Source: a virus
Taxonomy: Duplodnaviria > Caudoviricetes
IMG/VR virus record: IMGVR_UViG_3300035701_000027
Coordinates: 1 to 63,170 of that record
Strand: one strand, 5' to 3'
DNA: 63,170 nucleotides
The notes beneath the pieces are model-generated. The model made no database searches. It saw only the letters and a program-made list of their open reading frames with translations, and had not been told where the DNA came from. The translations under genes and the position numbers were made by a program. Below are positions 56,873 through 63,170 of this stretch, piece after piece. Every line of letters starts with the position of its first letter. The first letter of the stretch is position 1.

Positions 56873-57749
56873 TCACCCTCCCATCTTGTCCAGGCCAGAA
56901 GGCCGCACCGGCTCCTCCTGGAACCTGTGAGTATAGATAATGGATCCATCGCCCGAGTCCATCACCGCGTAATTGCCGCTTTGGGCAAACGCGATCGCAT
57001 CCCCCGCGTCGTCCATGGTATCGACGAGGTTCCCTATCGTGCCGTCGTATTCGTAAATCTCATAACGCATCCGGCGCCTCCGGCTCCGAAGGGAATATCG
57101 AAGAAGACGGAGGCGACTTTGCTCCCGTCACGATCTCGGCGATGTCCCTGAATTTGTCGAGGATCTCCCGCCTCTGCTGATCATCGTCCACACACGCGGA
57201 CGCCTGCCTGAATAGGGTGAGACCGATAACGGCAACCTTCGCCGCATGGAGCGTGCTCGCTATGTCCAGAGCATAGGCACCAGGGCCAATCTCGTCGGCA
57301 ATCAGAATAAGTCGGCCTGTTAAATGCGGCTGTTGATTCAATCTTTCTCCTTATGGTTGAATGACAATATACTTCTTCCCGCTTGTCTTGTACTTATCCG
57401 TGACACAGGTGCAGAATCGGATAACCTTCCGCCTGTCTGGAAGCTGGACGACCACGTATCCCTTCTCGTTGCAAGGCTTATGGTTCTTCCTGGGCGGAAA
57501 CTCCGTAAGAAAACGTCCTGGCGGTATGAATTTGTATCCGGCAAGACGCATCTGGACATACCTCTTCTTATCCCAATACCATCGACGAGACTTCGCGTAC
57601 CTGACCATCACCCATATCTTGCACCGCACAAGGAAGTAGGCAATCCACGTCGTAGTTTTTTGCCACAACCACTTCGGCGTGTTGACGGCGACGTTCTTGG
57701 CCTCGGTTGCTGTCATATTCGGCTTCAGGGCGGAAAGGTCGATCTTCAT
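56873..57749 (-). other. Three small hypothetical genes (56873-57070, 57060-57341, 57351-57749)
   Basis: Packed ORFs with SD motifs. Confidence 0.55.
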
Positions 57750-57902
57750 GCCATTACCTCTTTCGTGGTCTTGATTTCGCGTAGCCTGCACGCGAGCCTG
57801 GAGACAACGAGGCCCCTATGCTGTGCCGGCATCCTATCCCAACACCTCCCGCATTCCCCCCGCGTCACTTCTCCATGCCATTTTCTGCAAAATATAATAT
57901 CC

Positions 57903-58283
57903 TTATCCTGCGGGTGCATCTTCTACCTCGACAATGATTGATACTCTCGGCTTACCCGAATCCTTCATTCTCGATGCCGTAAGGCTTCGGACAAGACCAT
58001 CATCTTTATAGATTACCCCGGTCATGCCGTCCAGCGTAGCCTTAATTCCGTTGTCGATATCTCCGCGCCAAGTCGGATAATAAAACTGAAAATGAACCGC
58101 AACCGGCACCGTTATAATCTCCGTGATTCCGGCGTCCCTGGCCGCGACCTTCATTATGAGTGCGACTGCGTTTTTGTATAACTTTCCCTTGTTAGTTATG
58201 TACCTCCTACCGTCCTTGCGATGGTAATACAGATGATTGACGCTTGCGGGAACGCCTGGAATCTCGCCTCTTATGAATTTCAT
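57903..58283 (-). CDS. rusA: RusA-like Holliday junction resolvase
   Basis: PASVNHLY, DIDNGIKATLDGM..YKDD. Confidence 0.88.
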   Translation of the reverse strand: MKFIRGEIPGVPASVNHLYYHRKDGRRYITNKGKLYKNAVALIMKVAARDAGITEIITVPVAVHFQFYYPTWRGDIDNGIKATLDGMTGVIYKDDGLVRSLTASRMKDSGKPRVSIIVEVEDAPAG

Positions 58284-58789
58284 TTCACCCTCGGTTGATT
58301 GATGAATTGGACGCGACAATGGTACGGGTAATTGGAATCAAATACGAAGACCGCGTGCGATTGCTGTGCCGCGTCCTTCGTGTCGGAAAACTTCAACCTT
58401 CCCTTGATGAAATAAAGCTCGGTGCAGTATTGGCAGGCCTGAAACCACCAATCCTGATCCGTCTTGCACGGTACAAGAAAAACGATCACTATGTGACGAC
58501 GCTCTTCATACGCCAGTTTTGTGCAACGAACAATGAAATCGGCAAACGAATCAAGGCTCTTTACGTCATAAGGCGGATTGCAGAAAATGGCGCCCTGGCA
58601 ATCAACGATGGCCTCCGGATTCTCGGACTGAAAAGGGCTTTCTTTCGTGCAGTATCGCTTGCAAAGGGCGTTCTCCTTGGAAGCGGCCGCATCGAGATCG
58701 AATTTGTATCGATCATTGAACATATCGAACAACCATTTTGGCGTGCGGTATTCGCTCGTTTTGCTACGCTTCAGAATCATCTTGCTCAT
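58280..58789 (-). CDS. Phage DNA N6-adenine methyltransferase
   Basis: TPKWLF, FDLDAAAS, FCNPPY, GRLKF. Confidence 0.9.
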   Translation of the reverse strand: MSKMILKRSKTSEYRTPKWLFDMFNDRYKFDLDAAASKENALCKRYCTKESPFQSENPEAIVDCQGAIFCNPPYDVKSLDSFADFIVRCTKLAYEERRHIVIVFLVPCKTDQDWWFQACQYCTELYFIKGRLKFSDTKDAAQQSHAVFVFDSNYPYHCRVQFINQPRVK

Positions 58790-59283
58790 ATCGTGTCCGT
58801 TTCCGCCCAGAGCAACTGTCCATGGCAGTAGTCAGGCTTCGGCCAGAAGCCTCCCCATTCAAGGCCCGCCTCCTTGATCAGTGTTCCGGCCTCCAGGTAG
58901 TCTTCGATGTTGTTGCTATTCACGTCGGCCTTCACATCCCATGTAGTCGATCTTCCTTTGACTATGGCGAAGTCAAAAGCACTCGATTTATCGTTCGCCT
59001 TCCTCCCGTCGTCGAGCCGAACCAAGTGCCGGCTCTCCAGCGTCCACGTCACCTGCTTGTTTTGGGACGTTGGAATCGACATCATTCCGGCGATCGCTCG
59101 GTACATATTGACGTTTTCCGTAGTATCTCTTCCCTGTGCAAATAAGGCGAAATGAACCTGCCACACCCTTGCGACGTTGGTGTACGCGAACGGCAGTTTC
59201 GCCATCTTCATCTTTCCTTCCCAAATCAGCGCTTTCCGGAGCAGGTTTGGGCTCATTTCCGCATGTGCTTTTTCAATTTTCAT
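58786..59283 (-). CDS. M15 family peptidase endolysin (L-Ala-D-Glu type)
   Basis: LFAQGR, SRH..AFD, GLEWGG.W..D..H.Q. Confidence 0.85.
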   Translation of the reverse strand: MKIEKAHAEMSPNLLRKALIWEGKMKMAKLPFAYTNVARVWQVHFALFAQGRDTTENVNMYRAIAGMMSIPTSQNKQVTWTLESRHLVRLDDGRKANDKSSAFDFAIVKGRSTTWDVKADVNSNNIEDYLEAGTLIKEAGLEWGGFWPKPDYCHGQLLWAETDTI

Positions 59284-59375
59284 GTGTTTTAGAAGGGGCC
59301 GGTTAATGCTCCCGAGAGAATATTTTTGGTGTCCATCCCACCTCGGGATTGGTCATTTCCGGCCCCTTTTCTCCC

Positions 59376-60287
59376 TTACTGTTTTTCGATATTCAACCTC
59401 ATGGCGCCCTTCGCATCAGGTTTCCCCTCGACCATGTACTTGCCGACCATCAATTTGACGGGCTGGCCCTTGGCCGTGGCCTTTATCCTGTCCTTGATCA
59501 GTTCATACACGTCCTTACATTCGAGCTCATTCGGCTTCAACTCGAAGAACCTGTCGAGCCGTTGCTCGAACATCGGGTCGTCCGCGATCTTCAACTCCGC
59601 GCCAAAATTCATTCCTGGCGCGCATGATGTTTTCATGGGGCAATCTCGGCATACCTCCACGTCCTTGATGCGTTCCGGCATGGTGCCGTCCGCGACGTGT
59701 TTGTTGATGGCCTCGCAGACCTTGATGCACTCTTCCGCAAGGGCGTAATCCAGTTTTACCTCGACCGTCTTAATCCTGCCGGTGCTTTTGTTCTTCAGGA
59801 TGAAGATGCCTTTCTCCACGTTTTTTCCGAGAAGATATAACTGGATCTGCGCCAGATACGATCGCGTCCACGGTTTCTTGTGGAAATCTTCGAGAGTGTT
59901 TATGGCGTCATAGATATGGGGCGCCATACTCTTGATCTCGATGGGGATGGCGTTTCCGTCGTCGAGGATCACCCCGTCCAGGTGCCATGTGATGTTGTAC
60001 TTCTCCCACTCCCCACAGCTCTGCTGTTCGTTTACCGTGATTCCGGCATCATCGAGCATCCGGAGTACCGTCCGCTCTTCTCGGTAGCCCTCGTCAAAAA
60101 TCATCTGGAGCCTGATGTCGGGCATCTCCTTCTCCTGCCAATGCGTCCGTTCGAGGACACCCCTGCGGAGACAGCCATTCAGGGACGGGACGAAATACCC
60201 AACGCTCGATGCGCGATTGCTCTTGCAGGGGATCCGCTTAATACGGGCCAATACGGTCTTTTCGACGGCGCCTACGATATCTATCAT
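59376..60287 (-). CDS. Cas4-like PD-(D/E)xK exonuclease
   Basis: RASSVG..CLR, HLDG..EIKS, QIQLY, CRDC....C. Confidence 0.8.
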   Translation of the reverse strand: MIDIVGAVEKTVLARIKRIPCKSNRASSVGYFVPSLNGCLRRGVLERTHWQEKEMPDIRLQMIFDEGYREERTVLRMLDDAGITVNEQQSCGEWEKYNITWHLDGVILDDGNAIPIEIKSMAPHIYDAINTLEDFHKKPWTRSYLAQIQLYLLGKNVEKGIFILKNKSTGRIKTVEVKLDYALAEECIKVCEAINKHVADGTMPERIKDVEVCRDCPMKTSCAPGMNFGAELKIADDPMFEQRLDRFFELKPNELECKDVYELIKDRIKATAKGQPVKLMVGKYMVEGKPDAKGAMRLNIEKQ

Positions 60288-61144
60288 TGCTGACCTCCAT
60301 TCACGGCCGAATTGAGCTTTTGCCATTCGGAGTACTCCTTCTCAACCCTCGGAACAACGTGTTTCAGCATGGCCTCGCTCACGTCAGAAATTCTCGACTT
60401 TCCAGGCATCTCCTGATCGCCCTTCCTCCATACCGTCACGACGTACAGGTGCTTCGCCGCCGCCGCTGCGTCTCCGCCGGCCATGTCCATGAGCATCTTC
60501 CAGACCCTACTTCTGTCGTCCGCCGCGACCCCAGGATTGGAATCAGTTTTCCCGCCCTTGATTCCCGAGGCATATTTAACGCCTTGACATTTTTCTTTCG
60601 TCACCTTTCCGCCGGATGCGGCGGCAATCTCGTCCCATGTAAAACTTAGTCCAAGAAGAGATTTGATTCCCCTATTAAGCCAATTTGTCATGGCTTTCTT
60701 TTTTATATTATTCAAATCTATTTCCGACAGAGGAAGCCGTTCGCCTCCACGCACACAAAAAAAGCGATCCCTGGTAGAGCTTGTGCCCATCTCCACCATG
60801 GATTGATTTTTCCATCGTACCGTTCCAACACAAGTGAATATTATGTATTCGCCCTCCTCGTCTCGTTCGATTGTTCTTTCAAACTCTGGAGGGTCGTAGC
60901 TTATGCCAAATGCCCTTGCTATTTTGGCGGCACCTGTCCATTCGAGATATGCCTTCCCGTCCTGATCAATCCAATCCTCTACGTTTGTTACGAGAACAGA
61001 AAGTTGCCTCATCTCCGCCTGAAGTTTAATGTATTTTCTTGCCCCTTCAACGCTCTCTTCGAGGGTTAGGTCTTTACCGACATTTGCCAATTCCGCCTCC
61101 TTGATTGTCTCAATTTCCATGCTTTTCATGTCTTTCTGTTCCAT
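60284..61144 (-). CDS. Single-strand annealing protein (Rad52/Sak-like, tentative family)
   Basis: YL..GAAKIA..F, G..S, N.IKKKA.T..NR.I..LLGL; coupled to the exonuclease. Confidence 0.6.
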   Translation of the reverse strand: MEQKDMKSMEIETIKEAELANVGKDLTLEESVEGARKYIKLQAEMRQLSVLVTNVEDWIDQDGKAYLEWTGAAKIARAFGISYDPPEFERTIERDEEGEYIIFTCVGTVRWKNQSMVEMGTSSTRDRFFCVRGGERLPLSEIDLNNIKKKAMTNWLNRGIKSLLGLSFTWDEIAAASGGKVTKEKCQGVKYASGIKGGKTDSNPGVAADDRSRVWKMLMDMAGGDAAAAAKHLYVVTVWRKGDQEMPGKSRISDVSEAMLKHVVPRVEKEYSEWQKLNSAVNGGQQ

Positions 61145-61155
61145 TTTCTCCTCCT

Positions 61156-61713
61156 TTAAATATGAACCCATTGCTTCTTATTAATAATATTCCCCATTTG
61201 CGCTTTTTTTATCCCAAATAAACCGCAAAGTTCTTTGTTTGTTTTTCCTTCTGTATGTAATTTTCTTATTGATAGCACCTGCTCATTGGTTAATTTGTGA
61301 TTGCTTCCGAATTCCCCTTTCCTAAACGGCATCCTACCCTTCCTTGAACAGTCCTGCATATTGTCTTTTTGCGTCCCGAGAAATAAGTGATACGGATTCA
61401 CGCATCCAGGATTGTCGCACCGATGGAGAACCTTTAACCCCCTGGGAATAAAACCATATTTAAAAAGCCATGCGATCCTATGGGCAGAAAGATACTTCCC
61501 ATCAAATGTTAATCGTCCGTAACCCTTACGCCTAACCCCTATCCACGGCCAACACTCGCCGGGGGCCGACATCTCTGTTTTGGCCATCAACCTATCGTAT
61601 AGGGAAACGCGAGATCCTTTTCTCATAACTCCTTTTGTTCTTACTATCATTCCAGTATGCGGTCTTACATTTCGGACAAAGACGAACATCCGATTTTCTC
61701 GGGATCCATCCAT
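61156..61713 (-). CDS. HNH homing endonuclease
   Basis: CWPWIG..GYG..AHRIAW..HRCDNPGCVNPYHL..GTQKDN; C-terminal HTH; start uncertain. Confidence 0.9.
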   Translation of the reverse strand: MDGSRENRMFVFVRNVRPHTGMIVRTKGVMRKGSRVSLYDRLMAKTEMSAPGECWPWIGVRRKGYGRLTFDGKYLSAHRIAWLFKYGFIPRGLKVLHRCDNPGCVNPYHLFLGTQKDNMQDCSRKGRMPFRKGEFGSNHKLTNEQVLSIRKLHTEGKTNKELCGLFGIKKAQMGNIINKKQWVHI

Positions 61714-61755
61714 GCCCGCACCTGGAACATTTAAGAATATTTATCTTGATGACCA

Positions 61756-61799
61756 TATAGCGTTACGCATAATATACGCTATAAGTAAGAGAAAGTCAA
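61756..61799 (-). promoter_or_regulatory. Sigma70-type promoter with overlapping inverted repeat
   Basis: TTGACT-17bp-TATATT; TATAGCGT-12bp-ACGCTATA straddles the -10 box. Confidence 0.7.
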
Positions 61800-61814
61800 C
61801 AACTATTTTTTGGA

Positions 61815-62015
61815 TTAAACAAAAGGATCGAAGCCGAATCTGTGTTTCGCCAGATTTTTCAGCGCATTAAGGAGGCCGGACAAAATCGGTATCGTGAGTT
61901 CGGGCGGGTAGTCTTTGATATACGGGCAATACAATGCGATGAGCGTGGCGACGGCAACATAGCCCGTGGTATAGCCGGCCTTACGGGTAGTAAGTGCCTT
62001 ATTCAGGGCCATCAC
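61815..62015 (-). CDS. Small holin-like membrane protein
   Basis: Two short hydrophobic segments; basic C-terminus LNALKNLAKH. Confidence 0.5.
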   Translation of the reverse strand: MMALNKALTTRKAGYTTGYVAVATLIALYCPYIKDYPPELTIPILSGLLNALKNLAKHRFGFDPFV

Positions 62016-63170
62016 ATCATCCCTGGAAAAATTTTATTGATTTTTTTTATGTTCTCTTCGGCTTCGTCGAGCGAATTCTCCGGTATCTCGATGAAGTATC
62101 CTTTGATTTCCTTGGCGATTTCGCGCGCCATGTCTGCGGCTTCTTCCATTGTTGCCCCATAGCCCACAACCGCTCCGATTTCAGGTAATCCGACAGCTTG
62201 CGGAACAACATAATATCGTCCCTTGATTTTAATGGCGTTCCGGAGCTTTATAAAGTCCCTGTACTCCGATGGGAAATCGATGGGTTGCCAGTTCTTGTCC
62301 GCCCATGGACTGTGGATGAGAACCTCCGCCGCCCACGCCGACACGGGCACCGGATCGATCACCCTGCCTTCGGATCCCTCCCAGATGATGTCCGCAAGAT
62401 TCAAATAGAAATCCTGATAGACCTCGTTCGGAGGGGATCCGGCCCTGGCGCACATATCGATCATGTAGCCCACTTTGTCTTTGCCTATGCGCGTCTCTGG
62501 AGAGTAAAAGTTTCTGTACCCGTACTTTTTCAGCACGGGCGCCATGGCCGTATCGAAACGCCTTATTTCCGCAGGCAATTTCGCGTAATCCCCGAATTTT
62601 CCGATGTATCCAAGGTCTTTGATCTCGATTCCGTAGAGGAGTTTCGACGGTAGCTGGCCGTCGATGCAGTAGGTATCAACCGCGTACTCCACCTTGTCCT
62701 TTAGGTTCTCTTCGACGACGAATTTCGTGAGATACTTCAGGGCCCCGAGCTGTCCCTCGATTTCCGTGAGCCTTGGCTCCACCATGTTGTAGTCGGGGGC
62801 GTGAAACGTCTCGAAGTGACCGCGATATTTGTTGATCTTTACCCACACGTCGGGGTTTTGCTTCAAAAAATCACGAAGGGCGTCCATTCCCTCGACCACG
62901 GCGTACTTGCTCACGGGCAGGCCGAGCTTTTTCATCAACTCCTTGGTTCCGTCACGGCAAAGCTCAAGATTCTCGCCCAACCTGGATCCCCACACCCGTT
63001 TTCCGAGTTTAACAAGGTGTTCCTGCAAGGGGCCGAAGTAAACGTCGGGAAAAATGAAAATATCAACGTCGTCAAAGTGGGGGCCGAACACGTCATCGAC
63101 GACTTCGAGCCCCTCGATGCCGACGCCGATGAAGGCGCTGTTCATTTTCGGGAAACCGGACACCCACGGA
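62012..63170 (-). CDS. PurD-like ATP-grasp ligase (3' part; starts at 228 across the junction)
   Basis: VWGS..LEL.R..K.LM..LGLPV, WVK, FVVEE, EYA, ID.CAR.G.P ATP-grasp motifs. Confidence 0.8.
   Translation of the reverse strand, partial: PWVSGFPKMNSAFIGVGIEGLEVVDDVFGPHFDDVDIFIFPDVYFGPLQEHLVKLGKRVWGSRLGENLELCRDGTKELMKKLGLPVSKYAVVEGMDALRDFLKQNPDVWVKINKYRGHFETFHAPDYNMVEPRLTEIEGQLGALKYLTKFVVEENLKDKVEYAVDTYCIDGQLPSKLLYGIEIKDLGYIGKFGDYAKLPAEIRRFDTAMAPVLKKYGYRNFYSPETRIGKDKVGYMIDMCARAGSPPNEVYQDFYLNLADIIWEGSEGRVIDPVPVSAWAAEVLIHSPWADKNWQPIDFPSEYRDFIKLRNAIKIKGRYYVVPQAVGLPEIGAVVGYGATMEEAADMAREIAKEIKGYFIEIPENSLDEAEENIKKINKIFPGMM
63044..63170. repeat. 127-bp terminal direct repeat (copy 2)
   Basis: Identical to 1-127. 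Confidence 0.95.

Noticed and set aside
59376-60287. CRISPR-associated cas4
   Set aside because: Coupled to an SSAP with no cas1 or array; a typical phage recombination exonuclease.
1-63170. Alternative genetic code
   Set aside because: The standard code gives dense, full-length genes, and TAA, TAG and TGA are all used as stops.

Overview
The window is an apparently complete, circularly assembled genome (about 63,043 bp unique) of an uncultured tailed phage with podovirus-like organisation. Positions 1-127 equal 63044-63170, and one gene runs across that junction. Minus-strand arm 1 (36.5 kb -> 1 -> 61.8 kb) holds small accessory genes, a lambdoid-type replication initiator and loader, a Com-like Zn-ribbon, portal, scaffold, N4-gp56/DUF4043-like capsid, adaptor, tail nozzle, an AT-richer fibre cassette, four ejection-type proteins (one a 2134-aa LPD38-type polyvalent protein), an HNH, a PurD-like ATP-grasp enzyme and a holin-like gene. 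Minus-strand arm 2 (61.7 -> 47.6 kb) holds an HNH, SSAP, Cas4-like nuclease, M15 endolysin, adenine methyltransferase, RusA, a PLA2-like protein, a Tad1-like anti-defence sponge, a cluster of 4 glycosyltransferases plus radical SAM, FkbM and HAD genes, and TerS/TerL. A plus-strand early block (37.0-47.6 kb) carries an amidoligase + class II glutamine amidotransferase pair, DUF932 and many microproteins. I recognised no integrase, DNA polymerase, tRNA or CRISPR array. The most interesting observations are a shared [FYML]-x(1-2)-GG motif across several virion proteins, two distinct amide-bond ligases plus a GATase, the glyco-modification cluster, a lectin-like gene apparently split by a fibre cassette, a TerL with a degenerate second nuclease-like domain, and several structured cis-elements. 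All family assignments come from motif recognition by eye, not database searches.
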